Below are positions 38,228 through 50,164 of a stretch of 64,000 bases of DNA, in pieces. Made by a program: the position numbers and the translations under genes. Each line of letters begins with the position of its first letter. The first letter of the stretch is position 1. The stretch comes from an uncultured Planctomycetaceae bacterium (GTDB lineage Bacteria > Planctomycetota > Planctomycetia > Planctomycetales > Planctomycetaceae), in the NCBI GenBank assembly GCA_963714075.1, contig OY970228.1:5753696-5817695 (forward strand), in the 5' to 3' direction. The notes under the pieces were generated by a model that was not told the origin of the DNA, searched no databases, and saw nothing but the letters and a program-made list of their open reading frames with translations.

Positions 38228-39761
38228 ATGAACGGCAGCGAGGTCCTCAGAATTGTCGACGCGATTCATCGCGATAAAAACATCGACAAGGAGATCGTAT
38301 TCGAAGGGATCGAGCAGGCGATCATCTCCGCGGCACGCAAGCACTTTGGCGAAGAGAGTCCGCTCGAAGTCCACATCGATCGTGAAAGCGGCGAGCCGTC
38401 GGTGATTGTCAACAACGCCCCGCTCGAGAAGGACGAAATCGGAGATCTGCTGGGACGAATCGCGGCTCAAACCGCCAAGCAAGTCATCATCCAAAAAATC
38501 CGCGAGGCTGAACGCGACGCACTCTTTGATGAATATGAGGCGCTGCGCGGCCATATCGTGACCGGTTCGATTACCCGCATCGAGGGGGGAACCGCCACGG
38601 TCAATCTCGGCAAGGTCGAGGGGCTGCTGCCGCGCGGCGAGCAAATCCCGGGTGAATCGCACCGGGTGGGCGAGCGCGTGCGGGCCGTCGTGATCGACGT
38701 CCGCAAAGCGGGAAGCCGTGTGCGCATCATCCTCTCGCGCACGCATCCGGAGATGGTGCGCCGGCTGTTCGAGATCGAAATTCCCGAAGTCCAAGAGCGG
38801 ATCATCGAGGTGCGGTCGCTGGCTCGTGAAGCCGGGTACCGCTCGAAAGTCGCGGTCTCCTGTTACGACAGCAAGATCGATTGCGTCGGAGCCTGCGTCG
38901 GCGTCCGCGGTTCGCGGATCAAGAACGTGGTGGAAGAGCTCGCCGGCGAGCGAATCGACATCGTCCGTTGGAACGATTCGCTGCAGGTGCTGGTTCCCAA
39001 CGCGCTGCAGCCAGCCGAGGTCGAGGACGTCATTTTGTGCCCGATGTTGGGCAAAGTGATCGTGCTGGTCCCGGACGATCAGTTGTCCCTGGCCATCGGC
39101 AAGAAGGGTCAGAACGTCCGACTGGCCTCGAAGCTGGTCGGCTGGGACATCCACGTGATGAACCAGAAAAAGCTCGACGAGCAGCTCGATAAATCGGTCG
39201 GTATGTTCTCGAAGATTCCGGAAGTAAGCGCCGAATTGGCTGAGAACCTGGTCGCCCAAGGCTTCTTCACCTTTGACGACCTGTCGGTGATCGAGCCAGA
39301 TCAGCTTGCTGAATTAGGTGGACTCACTGCCGAGCAATGCGAGGAAATCGTCGCGTACGCCGACACCGAAGCGGCCCGGGTCGAGGAAGAGGAGCGGCGT
39401 GCGATCGCCGAAGGTCGCCTCAAGGCAGCCGAGCCGAGTATCGAGGCTGTCGTCGAACCCGTTGCGACCAGTGGCAATGGGGCTCCGAAGGCGGAAGGCG
39501 ATCAGAGACGAAGCGGCGGTGGGAGCCGAGGTGACCGAAGAGCTGCACGACGAGGCACTGGCGGAGGAAGCGGCACATTCCGAGGCTGAAGGCAACGGTC
39601 AGGAGCCACCCACCCTGGCCGAGACCATTCTCGATGAGATGACGGAGGCGAGCGGGCAGGTCGCTGACGAAGCAGCCGACAATCCGCCTGAACCTCCCGA
39701 GACCGAGATCCATTCGAGCGCAACGGAAACGGGGCGGAGCGAAGAAGGCGGCGCGGGATAG
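38228..39761 (+). CDS. nusA: transcription termination/antitermination factor NusA, frame interrupted by a 1-nt indel in the C-terminal acidic tail (approx. 39495-39520)
   Basis: Start [32 protein letters not shown].. (NusA N-domain), S1 and KH regions (..[21 protein letters not shown].., ..[12 protein letters not shown]..); ORF-track frame ends in an implausible basic tail (..[17 protein letters not shown]..) while the adjacent frame continues as an acidic NusA-like tail to 39761. Confidence 0.8.
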
Positions 39762-39867
39762 CCGAACACGGGCATGGAACTGGTGACTGATTTAGGCAAG
39801 CTATGAACATTACACAGGCGGGCTGATTGATCGGCAGGTCGACGAGCCTGCCGGAAGGACAAAATTT

Positions 39868-42692
39868 GTGGCGACGGATTTGAAGATTCGGATCTTCGCC
39901 CTGGCGAAAGAGCTGGGGATCGACAGCAAAGACTTGATCGAGCACTGCAATGCGGCAGGGATCAAGCTCAAGAATTCTCCCCTGGCCAGCATTTCGCCAG
40001 AGGAACGCGATCGAGTTCTGGCACAGATGAAGAAGGGGGGTGCCGGCCCCGCTCCGGCGCCCGCCACCGAAGACATCCAGATGACGCCGTTCGCCCGCGA
40101 GACGGCGCGCGATACCGGCGGAAAAATCCGCAGCATCAAGCCGATCGTTTCGCGCCCGCCGCTGGCACGTGGCCCGGCCGTCGCCGAGCCCGAGCCCGTG
40201 GCGCCCGACCAAGCAGCCGAGGCGGAGCCGGCCCCTCCGTCAGAAGGTGAGCCTGCAAGCCCTATCGAAGCGCCACCCGCTGTTTCGGCCGTGACTCCCG
40301 CGCCTGTCGACGAGGTCGTGGCTCCCCGCGGGCCGTTGCGTCGTTCGACGCCTGGCGACGGAACCGCTGAGGCCACGCCGGAGGCGTCTGTGCAGCCGGC
40401 CGTGCCGATGCGCCCGACGACTACGTTCCGCCTGGCGGGACGCGAGCTGGGTCGACGATTCGCGAAATGAAGCCACGGGGCAGCGTCAGCGACAGTGAAC
40501 AAGCTCAGCAGCGACGTCCGAAGGGCAAGCCTAAGCCGGCGCTGCCCAACATCGCCGCACCGCCGAATTACAGAGCCCCCGTGATCCGGGGTGGAAAAAA
40601 GGAGGAGGCTCCGGCTCAGAAGCCCGATATTCCGCTGTCGCCAGACATCTTCGGGCAAAACAGCCCCTTGCGGGACCACCTCAACAAAAACGCCGAGCAG
40701 AAAAAGCGGCGCAAAAAGGGAGACAACGAAGGCGGGCCGCCCGGTGCGGTCAGCTCGACGAGCTTTATTGGCGAGGAAGAGGACAAGGAGAAACGGGCCG
40801 CCACGACCGGGTTGCGGGACCGCCGCCAAAACTGGCGCTCCCAAGATCGCAGCGAGCCGGAGCGCAAAAAGCGGCCGATCCGCTTCCGCCAACGACGAGT
40901 CGAACCGGTCAACCTCAAGACGGCGGCTGAAGTCGCTGCGCCGATCACAGTCCGCTCGCTGTCGGAAGCCCTGGGGCGCCCCGCGAAAGACCTGCTGCGA
41001 ATTCTCTTCGAGCGGGGCGATATGGCGACCATCAACCAGGCTCTCGCGGAAGAGACGGCAATGGAGTTGGCCATGGAGCTCGGCGTTGACCTGACGATTC
41101 GGCGAGCAAAAGACCTCGAGCAAGAGCTGGTCGAAGAGACCGAAGCGCCGGACGCACCCGAAAGCCTGATCGATCGTCCACCGATCGTGACCATCCTGGG
41201 GCACGTCGACCACGGCAAAACGACCCTGTTGGACAAGATTCGTTCGGCCAACGTTGCCGGCGGCGAAGCGGGCGGAATCACCCAGCACATCGCAGCCTAC
41301 CAGGTCGAGCACGACGGCAAGAAAATCACCTTCGTCGATACGCCCGGCCACGCTGCGTTTTCCGAAATGCGGGCGCGCGGCGCCAACCTCACCGACATTG
41401 TGGTGCTCGTGGTCGCTGCCGACGACGGCGTCATGCCGCAGACCGTCGAATGCATCAGCCACGCGCGGGCGGCCAACGTTCCGATGATCGTCGCCTTGAA
41501 CAAGAGCGATCTGCCGCAGGCAACCGAGCAGCGAGCGCAGCGGATCCTGCAGGATCTCGCCACCAATCATGTCCAGCCCACGGAGTGGGGCGGCGAGACA
41601 GACGTGATCCGCACCTCGGGAGTCAGCGGACGCGGAATTGACGACCTCCTCGAGACGATTCTCCTGAGCACCGAAATGCGGGGGCTCAAGGCCAATCCCG
41701 ACCGTCCCGCGGTCGGCGTCTGCCTCGAGGCGTTCCGCGACGAAGGGCGCGGCGTCTTGGCATGGCTCGTGGTGCAGAAGGGGACGCTCAAGGTCGGAGA
41801 TATCGTCCTTTGCGGCGAGGCCGAAGGTCGCATTCGGGCGATCTACGACGATCACGACCGGCCCATCGAATCAGCCGGACCGTCGACGCCGGTGAAGGTC
41901 GCCGGGCTGGACAGCATGCCGGGCGCGGGCGACCGCTTCTGGGTGATGCACGATATCGAGCAAGCCCGTGCCATGGTTCAAAAACGGCGAGACCGCGGTC
42001 GAGCCGCCGTCCTCGGCGGTCGCGATCGGCCGCGCTCGATGGAGGATATCCTCTCGGCGGCCCGTGACGGGGCGGTCCAGAATCTCCCGTTGATCATCAA
42101 GGCCGATTCGCAAGGCTCGATCGAGGCTCTGCGAAGCGAGATCGGCAAGTTCTCGCATCCCGAAGTGCGCGTGACGATCGTGCACGAAGGGGTCGGGGGC
42201 GTCAACGAGAGCGACGTGGCACTCGCGGAGGCCTCGCACGCGATCATCATCGCCTTCCATGTGATTCCCGAAGAGCGGGCCCGCGTGCTCGCCGAGCGGG
42301 TCGGCGTCGATATCAAGCGCTATGAGATCATCTACGAGGTCACTGAGACGATCAAACTCAGCCTCGAAGGCCTGCTGCGGCCTGAACGCAAGCAGGTGAT
42401 GACCGGCCGGGCCGTCGTCCTGAAGACGTTCCAGATCAGCCGACTGGGGACGATCGCCGGCTGCCGCGTGCTGAGCGGCACGATCGAGCGGTCGAATCGC
42501 ATCAATGTCAGCCGCGACCAGACGATTTTGAATTCGTACGATATCGCCTCGCTCAAGCGCGGAAAGGACGACGCCCGAGAAGTCCGCGAAGGGATGGAGT
42601 GCGGGATCCGGCTCGAAGGATTTAATGACATTAAGGAAGGAGACTTGCTCGAGGCGTTTCGCGTCGACGAGATCAAACGGACGCTCGACTAG
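39868..42692 (+). CDS. infB: translation initiation factor IF-2, frame interrupted by a 1-nt indel at ~40461-40468
   Basis: ORF 39868..40470 carries the IF2_N domain ([37 protein letters not shown]..); ORF 40467..42692 carries linker + GTPase (..[14 protein letters not shown].., ..DTPGH.., ..NKSD..) and C-terminal domains; restoring one A in cgaaatg joins them as ..[15 protein letters not shown].. Confidence 0.85.
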
Positions 42693-42963
42693 ACAGCTCA
42701 AGAGCGCGAACGGAGGGTGGCCTCTGTCTTGGTTGATGGCGAGGGAAACGCCCGCGGCAACGGTCGGGAGCAGGATGTAGGACGGAATGACGAACCCCAG
42801 CCGGTTAGCTCTTCGATCGCCGAGCCCGCCGCCGTTTGCCCATCGCGCCTTGCCGTCTGTCGGGTTCGCTGAGACCTCCCCAGCGCCGCGAAGCGACCCC
42901 TGGGCTCCGATCGGCCGGAAGCGCAGTCTGCCCCCCCGAGCGGAATGGTCCGAGGAATTATCG

Positions 42964-43497
42964 ATGTCATCGCGTCGTACCGCCAAAGTCGCCGAAGCTG
43001 TCCGCGAACAGGTCAGCACCACGATTCTGTTCGGCTTGAAGGACCCCCGGGTCAAGAACGTCACCGTTACGCGCGTCGAAGTCAGCCCCGACTTGAGGAA
43101 CGCGAAGGTCTACGTCTCGGTGATGGGTGACGAAAAGGCCCAACGGCTCACCATAAAGGGATTGGAGTCGGCTCGCGGGTTCTTGCAGGCAAAACTCGCC
43201 GAACGGGTGAAAATTCGCTATACCCCAATCCTGCATTTTCAGCTCGATCAGGGGGTCAAGCGCAGTATCGAGGCCTCCCGCCTGCTGCGAGAGGTGCTCC
43301 CGCCATCGAGCGAACCCGAGAGCGATTCACTTGATGAGGACATGGACGCCGAATTGGAGGAAGAATTTCTCGACGATGACGAATCGGACGCCGAGAGAGA
43401 CGACGATCAACACGCCAAGATCGAGTCTTCCGATCCCTCCGAGCCGACCTTACGAACCGACGCCGACCAGGATCAGCAAGCCAAACGCCAGCCGTAA
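42964..43497 (+). CDS. rbfA: ribosome-binding factor A with acidic C-terminal extension
   Basis: Start [53 protein letters not shown].. = RbfA KH-like core; follows infB as in the canonical nusA-infB-rbfA operon. Confidence 0.85.
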   Translation: MSSRRTAKVAEAVREQVSTTILFGLKDPRVKNVTVTRVEVSPDLRNAKVYVSVMGDEKAQRLTIKGLESARGFLQAKLAERVKIRYTPILHFQLDQGVKRSIEASRLLREVLPPSSEPESDSLDEDMDAELEEEFLDDDESDAERDDDQHAKIESSDPSEPTLRTDADQDQQAKRQP

Positions 43498-43562
43498 CCT
43501 TTTCCCGCCTGTTCCGAGGTGACTGGCCGCAAGCACGCGGCAGCCGGAGAACGAAATTCAAA

Positions 43563-44405
43563 ATGACGAGCACGCACAAAGCCAAAACGGTCGACAAGCT
43601 GACATTGGGCAAGAAGCTCGTGTCGGTGCTGAAGAAGCGCTACCACCAGCCGGTGCCAAAGCACGAGCGACCCGTGCTTGAGACGCTGTTGTACGCAGTC
43701 TGCCTCGAAGACGCGTCGAGCACTCAGGCAGACGTGGCCTACGAGCGCCTATCGAGCGCCTTTCATGATCTCAATGAGCTTCGCGTCAGCTCGATCACAG
43801 AGCTCGTGACGCACGTCTTTAGCGACATGCCCGATCCCGATTGGCGGGCGCATCGCGTTCGGAACATCCTGCAGTACGTGTTCGAAAAACATTTCGAGTT
43901 CGCGTTCGAGGGGCTCCGCCGCAAGACGCTCGAACTTGCGACCAAGCAGCTCTTCAAGATTCGCGACCTCTCGCCGTTCGTGCGGAACTTCGCGCTGCAG
44001 AATGCGCTCGAGACGCACGTGGTCCCCGTCGATCGGTTGATGACCAACGCCAGCATCTGGCTCGGCTTTGTGGCAGCGGGCGAGTCGCCCGAGCAAGCCG
44101 CCGAAACGCTCAAATCGACGGTCCGCAAGGTCGACGTTCCCGTCTTCGCCCACTACCTGCGGTGCCTGGCGGTCGATCCGCGGCTCACGCGCTACTTCGC
44201 GCCGGGCAAGCCTGCCGCCGCAGCCGCTCACGATCCGCAAACGATGGTTGAACGACTCGAGGCGTTGTTCAAGGAAGGGGATGCCGCGGCCCGTAAAGCA
44301 GGCAAAACCGCGCGCGGCAGCGACGGCCATGAGCGCGCGGGCGGCGCGAAGCCCTCGCGCGCCCGGGACGGGCACCGCGTCCCGGCCTCCCGCAAAAAGC
44401 GTTAA
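43563..44405 (+). CDS. hypothetical protein (possible HhH-GPD-like helical fold)
   Basis: 280 aa; occupies the slot after rbfA where truB/rpsO usually sit; helical pattern ..RPVLETLLYAVCLEDASSTQADVAYERL..LNELRVSSITELVTHVF.. loosely resembles endonuclease III-family N-terminal helices; no catalytic motif seen. Confidence 0.35.
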   Translation: MTSTHKAKTVDKLTLGKKLVSVLKKRYHQPVPKHERPVLETLLYAVCLEDASSTQADVAYERLSSAFHDLNELRVSSITELVTHVFSDMPDPDWRAHRVRNILQYVFEKHFEFAFEGLRRKTLELATKQLFKIRDLSPFVRNFALQNALETHVVPVDRLMTNASIWLGFVAAGESPEQAAETLKSTVRKVDVPVFAHYLRCLAVDPRLTRYFAPGKPAAAAAHDPQTMVERLEALFKEGDAAARKAGKTARGSDGHERAGGAKPSRARDGHRVPASRKKR

Positions 44406-44656
44406 CCCCAAACCCGCCTTGGTGCACCGGCGGCCGACGACTAAAATGGACCTGTCTCGGGGGCTCGCAACCGGCAGGACGGAACTTGCCGGCTCGATGG
44501 CCGTAGAGAGCGGCAGTCGACCACGTTCGATCGCCCGACAATCGGCAAACCAGCTTCGGTGCGACGACACCGCTTGGGGGAAGGCGCTGCCCTGGTAATT
44601 TTTCAGACGCTCGAAAAGCGGCCTCGGCCGCCTCTCGAGTAACACCTCCACGAAGG

Positions 44657-47003
44657 ATGGGGAGCATGGCCAAAAATCAAAATGTTGCGAGGGTCGGAGT
44701 GCTTGGACTGCTGCTGACCGCGGTGTCGGCGTGCGGCCTGGCGCTGCCTTTAGGGGCGCTGGCTGACGAGCCGCCGGCCGATGCGCCGGCGCCGCCGAAG
44801 ACTCCTCAGTCCGCGGCACCAAAGGCCAAGGCCGCGCCCGGCAAGACCGTAGTGACCGACGAATTTGGGAATCCCGTCCCCGAGTTCAAACCCAAGAAGG
44901 CCGAGACGCCGCAACAAAAGAAGCGAGCCGAAGCGCTCGCCTTGTACATGACCGGCAAGCTCAAGCAGGACCAGAGCCGCTTCACCGAGGCTCTGCAGGA
45001 TTACCAGGCGGCCATCAAGGTGGACCCGACTGCGGTCGAGGTCTATCGCGAGTTGGTGCCGCTGGCTTTTGCCCTGAACGACACTGAGAAGGGCTTGCAG
45101 TACGCTCAGAAGGCGATCGAGCTCGATCCGGAAAACCTCGAGATCCTGCGGATCCTCGCCGACCAGCTTCGCGAGCAGCAGAAGCTCGAGAAGGCCGCCG
45201 AGTACCTCGAACGGGCCCTGAAGTCCCCCCAGCTCAAGCACGACACGTCTCAATACGTCTTATTGCAATTGCAGTTGGCGGCGCTCTGCATGGAAATGCG
45301 CAAGATCGACAAGGCGGCCGACGCCTATGCCGTGGTATTTGACGCCCGGCGCAATCCGGCCAAGTACAGTCTCGATTTCCAGACTCGCGCAGGCGCTCGA
45401 GCGCGAGGGCCTGGCTCGTTTTGAGGCAATGGGTGAGATCTTCCTGGCGGCCGGCCGCACGGCTCAAGCCATCCAAGCCTTTGAAGAGGCGGTTCAGGCG
45501 CGCAGCGGTAAACCGGGCGCGATCAGCTTCAATTTGGCCCAGGCCTACTTCAGAGCCAAGCAGTACGACGCTGCCCTCAAGCACTTGCAGACTTATCTGG
45601 ATGCCCAACTGCAAGGGAAAGGGCGTCACCCGTATGAACTCCTGCGCGAAATCCTGAAGGTTACGGGCAAAGAAGTCTTATTCCTTCATCGCATAGAGGA
45701 CCTGGCCAAGGACGACAACCGCAACAGCACGCTGCAGTATTTTCTGGCCGACCAGTACATCGCCGCCGGGCGTCTCAAAGAGGCCGAAGAGCTGATCACC
45801 CGGGTGCTCAAAGAAACGGGGAACCCCGAGGGCTACGTCAGCCTCGCGGCGCTTTACCGCAAGGAGAAAAAACCCGAGGAGATGCTGGATGCCCTTTCCA
45901 AGGGCTTCCAGGGGCAAAAGGGCCTCGATCGGCTCGACGCGCTGTTGAACGACATTCAGAAAGACGTGCCGTTCATCGACAGCCTGATCGCGGCCGCACG
46001 CAAGTTGAAAACATCCGACAAGTCGAAAATCGACTTCTTCACCGCCTATCTTGTCGGGCGCATGGCGGCTAAGGGGCAGCGTACCGATGCGGCCGTCGAA
46101 TTCTACAACTACGCCATGCAGGCGCGGCGCGAGGCAGCTCCGCGGCTGGCTGACGAACTGTGCAAGCATCTCGTGCTGGTGAAACGCTACCTCGAAGCCG
46201 CCGAGATCCTGAAGAAAACGCTCGCCGAGCCGCTGTTTCCCAGCGGTAACGAAGGGGACATGATCCGGGTCGAGCTGTTGGCCTTGTTGTCGCGGTCCCA
46301 AGAGCTGGGCGGCAAAACCAAGGATGCGCTGGCTTCGATTCGCGAAGCCCAAAAGCTCGATAATGACGAAGAGCTTTCGTATTGGGAGGCTTGGATCTTC
46401 TCCCACAGCCACCAGTGGAGCGAGGCCGTCCGCCGCTATGAGGACATGATCAAGCGGTCTAAGAACAAGGAATTCTCGCGGCGGTGCCAGTACGCGCTGT
46501 CAAACTGCTATGTCCAGAAGGGCGACGTGCCGACCGGCGAAAAGATTCTCGAGCAGATCCTCGTTGAAGATCCCAAGGATCCCTCGGTCAACAATGACCT
46601 GGGATACCTTTATGCCGACCAAGGAAAGAACCTCGCCCGCGCCGAGTCGATGATCAAAATCGCCCTGACATCCGAACCGGACAATGTAGCTTACCTCGAC
46701 AGCATGGGCTGGGTTCTGTTCAAGCTGGGCCGCCTCGACGAGGCACTCAAGTTTCTCGAGCAGGCCGCCAGCAGCCCGGGTGGCGGGGATGGGACGATCT
46801 CTGAGCATCTGGGCGACTGCTACGTCAAGCTGAATTCGCTTGAGAAAGCTCAGGAGGCCTGGAAAAGGGCGCTCAAAGAGGCCAAGGACGATTCGTTCCC
46901 GGATGCGAAACTGATCCACCGCCTCGAGGAGAAGCTCGGCTCCCGCGCCGCCGATTCCAAATCGGAAGCGAACTCGAGCAACGGGGCATCGACCAAGAAA
47001 TAA
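44657..47003 (+). CDS. secreted TPR-repeat protein, frame interrupted by 1-nt indel near 45386-45392
   Basis: ORF 44657..45424 (signal peptide MAKNQNVARVGVLGLLLTAVSACGLALPLGALA + TPRs) and ORF 45327..47003 (TPRs, ..DNVAYLDSMGWVLFKLGRLDEALKFLEQA..) are contiguous across a frame change: ..KYSLDFQTR|AQALEREGLARFEAMGEIF.. Confidence 0.65.
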
Positions 47004-47161
47004 ACCGATTCACGAAATCGACTGCGCGACTCGAAGGGTGGCTGGGCCCCGAACCGCGTCGGTTCGCCCCCAACAATCTCCGGCCGCTGGCGGGTCGCTG
47101 CGATCGACGCCAGCCACCATCTTCGTCGCTATGTTTCGACATTGAGAACGAGCTGAGAGTC

Positions 47162-47917
47162 ATGGCTGGGCATTCACACTGGGCGAACATCGCCATTAAG
47201 AAAGGGGCCGCCGACAAGCGGAGGGGAAAACTCTTCGGCAAACTCAGTCGCGCGCTGATCGTGGCGGCGCATCACGGCGGCGCCGATCCGGCCTCAAACC
47301 TGGCGCTGCGCTACGCGATCGACAAGGCCCGCAAGGCCAGCATGCCCAAGGACAATATCGAGCGGGCGATCAAAAAGGGGTGCGGCGGCGGGAACGACGA
47401 GTCCTACTCCGAGGTGGTCTACGAAGGCTATGGCCCCGGCGGCGTGGCCGTGCTCTGCGACATCCTCACAGAAAACCGCAACCGCACGGCCGGCGAAATC
47501 CGCAAGATTTTCGAGGTCGCCGGCGGCCGACTGGGAAGCGTCGGTTGCGTCGCTTGGATGTTCGAGCGCAAGGGTGTCTTTCTCGTCCCAGCCAAGCATG
47601 TCGATGAGAACGCCCTCTACAGCGCGGCCATCGACGCCGGGGCCGACGACGTCAAGCGTTCCGGCGAGTCCTACGAGGTCCTTTCGTCGCCTGAGTCGTT
47701 TCAAAAGGTCGCCGAAGCTCTTGAGGCTGCCAAGATCCCCGTTGACGTGTCGGAAATTCAACGCGTCCCCTCCAGCACCGTCGATCTCGATGCCGACGCC
47801 AGCCGGCGGATGTTGAAGTTGATCGAAGCGCTCGAAGACCAGGATGATGTCCAAAGCGTGACGGCCAACTACAATATCCCCGACGAGATTATGGCCGAGG
47901 CGATGAGCGGGGCCTGA
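47162..47917 (+). CDS. yebC: YebC/PmpR family DNA-binding transcriptional regulator
   Basis: 251 aa; MAGHSHWANIAIKKGAADKRRGKLFGKL.. is the near-invariant YebC N-terminus. Confidence 0.9.
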   Translation: MAGHSHWANIAIKKGAADKRRGKLFGKLSRALIVAAHHGGADPASNLALRYAIDKARKASMPKDNIERAIKKGCGGGNDESYSEVVYEGYGPGGVAVLCDILTENRNRTAGEIRKIFEVAGGRLGSVGCVAWMFERKGVFLVPAKHVDENALYSAAIDAGADDVKRSGESYEVLSSPESFQKVAEALEAAKIPVDVSEIQRVPSSTVDLDADASRRMLKLIEALEDQDDVQSVTANYNIPDEIMAEAMSGA

Positions 47918-47919
47918 GA

Positions 47920-48825
47920 GTGGCGATCGAGTTCAATTGCCCGCATTGCGGCAAGTTCCTTACGACGGCCGAATCGCGCGCGCTGGCCTTGGCGAAGTGC
48001 CCGTCATGTAATGACTTGATCACCGTGCCGGCTACCAGCGAGCCCGCGGAAGCTTCGCCGTCTGCGTCGTCTGTCAGGTCCCCGGAACTGGCGGCGACCG
48101 CCGCCTGGGCGAACGCACCGACACCTGGGCCGACAGCGGGCCCAGTCGGTGGCTTGGCGCCCGGGACCAGTCTCGCTTCGGGTACAAGCCCGACGGCCGG
48201 GGGCGCATTAGGCGCGCCACCGCTCGAGGCGACCCTGACCGCTGAAGGTTCAGCCGCGGGGCGATCGAGCACAATTGATTCGGGCAGCGTGACCTCTGCC
48301 CCGGCGGGGCCGGCGGCCGCTGGTCCGATTGTCTCGCGCCCGGCGCCTGGCTCAACCCCGTCCCTCTACTGCCCGCGCTGCGGACAACCTGCCGCGTTCG
48401 GTGCGGCTTATTGTGCCGCGTGTGGTCTGCCGCTCGTCCCAGGTTCGTATCCGATGTGCTATGCGGGGTTCTTTCGCCGGGGGGCGGCCGCAGTCATTGA
48501 TTTGGCGCTCATCTCGTTGGCATCCGGCGCCTTGGCTCTCTTGGTGGGTCGCGCCGGTGGGCAGGCCTGGTTCTTATTATGGTTTTTCTATAGCGCGGCT
48601 TTGGAAAGTTCTCGCGACCAGGCCACGATCGGAAAGCGCGCACTGGGAATGATCGTCTGCGCAGCCGATGGTCGCCGCCTGACATTCCCGCGTGCCGCCA
48701 TTCGCACGGTGGCCAAGCTCGCGTCGCTCTTGATCTGCGGAATGGGCTTCGTCATGCCCTTGTTGACTCCGAAAAAACAGGCGCTGCACGACCTGATGAC
48801 CGATGCGGTGGTCGTCTTAAGCTGA
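47920..48825 (+). CDS. RDD family membrane protein with two N-terminal zinc-ribbon motifs
   Basis: CPHCGKF..CPSCND and CPRCGQ..CAACG CxxC pairs; C-terminal ..FFRRGAAAVIDLALISL..SRDQATIGKRALGMIV.. = RDD domain. Confidence 0.7.
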   Translation: MAIEFNCPHCGKFLTTAESRALALAKCPSCNDLITVPATSEPAEASPSASSVRSPELAATAAWANAPTPGPTAGPVGGLAPGTSLASGTSPTAGGALGAPPLEATLTAEGSAAGRSSTIDSGSVTSAPAGPAAAGPIVSRPAPGSTPSLYCPRCGQPAAFGAAYCAACGLPLVPGSYPMCYAGFFRRGAAAVIDLALISLASGALALLVGRAGGQAWFLLWFFYSAALESSRDQATIGKRALGMIVCAADGRRLTFPRAAIRTVAKLASLLICGMGFVMPLLTPKKQALHDLMTDAVVVLS

Positions 48826-48860
48826 GCTGGCTGGCACTAACGGACTGGGACCGTCCGACG

Positions 48861-50069
48861 ATGGCGCGTGAACCGGTTTTCCGCGGAAAACGCAAGGATT
48901 CCGACTCGCCCGGCAATGTCGATGGCGGCTCTGGCCCTCGCCAGCCCCCCGGAGGCGCGACGGGCCCGGGCGGCCCTGACGAATCCCGCTACGACGACGA
49001 ACTTCGTCCGCAATGCCTGGCAGATGTCATCGGCCAGGAAAAAGTGCTCACGCGTCTGAAGATCACGCTCGACGCGGCAAAGATGCGGCAGGAACCTTTG
49101 GGCCATTTGCTCTTGGACGGCCCGCCAGGTTTGGGCAAAACGACCCTGGCCACTGTGATTCCGCGGGAGCTGGGCACCGAGATGCAAATCACGTCAGGCC
49201 CCTCGTTGAGCGCACCCAAGGATTTGCTCCCGTATCTCACCAATGCCAGCCACGGCTCGGTGTTGTTCATCGACGAAATCCACCGCATGCCCGCGGCGGT
49301 CGAAGAGTATATCTATCCGGCAATGGAGGATTTTCGGGTTGATATCACGCTCGGCGACGGCTTGAACGCTCGCACGGTGAATATCAAGCTGCAGCGCTTC
49401 ACCGTGATCGGCGCGACCACTCGCAGCGGCCTCTTGACCGGCCCGTTGCGCGACCGGTTCGTCAATCGCGAGCACCTCGATTTCTACTCTGTCGACGAGA
49501 TCGCCGAGATCGTCCGTCGCAGCGCACGAAAGCTCAGGACCGAGATTTCCGAAGAGGCCGTCGGTGAAATCGCCAAGCGCAGCCGCGGCACGCCGCGCAA
49601 GGCCAACAATCTGCTCCGCTGGGCCCGGGATTATGCCCAAAGCCGGTCGGACGGGCGCATCACTCCAGAAGCAGCCCGGGACGCTTTTCACCTGCAGGAG
49701 GTCGACGACCTGGGGCTCGAAGCGCAAGACCGTCGCTATCTCACCACGCTTGTCCACTCCTTCGGCGGTGGCCCGGCGGGGGTTTCGGCATTGGGCCACA
49801 GTCTCAACATTCCCACAGACACGCTCGAGGACGAGATCGAACCGTTTCTTCTCCGCATCGGTTTCGTCCTGCGCACGCCACGCGGCCGAATGATCACCGG
49901 CAACGCCCTGTCGCAGCTGCAACTATCACTTCCCAAGCCGCGCGACGAGCAGGGGCAGCTGTTCTACGCGCGTTTTTCGAAGCGTCGGATGCTTACCGAT
50001 ACCTGGGGGAACGAACGCTCGGCATCGCGGCGACACAAAAAACTTGATTGCGGTTCGCCCTTCGAGTGA
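48861..50069 (+). CDS. ruvB: Holliday junction branch migration DNA helicase RuvB
   Basis: 402 aa; ..LRPQCLADVIGQEKV.., Walker A GPPGLGKTTLA, ..VLFIDEIHR.. Walker B, sensor motifs; N-terminal ~40 aa Gly/Pro-rich extension. No ruvA immediately adjacent. Confidence 0.9.
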   Translation: MAREPVFRGKRKDSDSPGNVDGGSGPRQPPGGATGPGGPDESRYDDELRPQCLADVIGQEKVLTRLKITLDAAKMRQEPLGHLLLDGPPGLGKTTLATVIPRELGTEMQITSGPSLSAPKDLLPYLTNASHGSVLFIDEIHRMPAAVEEYIYPAMEDFRVDITLGDGLNARTVNIKLQRFTVIGATTRSGLLTGPLRDRFVNREHLDFYSVDEIAEIVRRSARKLRTEISEEAVGEIAKRSRGTPRKANNLLRWARDYAQSRSDGRITPEAARDAFHLQEVDDLGLEAQDRRYLTTLVHSFGGGPAGVSALGHSLNIPTDTLEDEIEPFLLRIGFVLRTPRGRMITGNALSQLQLSLPKPRDEQGQLFYARFSKRRMLTDTWGNERSASRRHKKLDCGSPFE

Positions 50070-50164
50070 AATGGCGCCATCATCGCTGAGTCGGCGATCA
50101 GACTGCACGATAATGGCGCTGCATTGCTGCGCCGTCTCGAAACCACGCGGAGAGGGGCCCCGAG

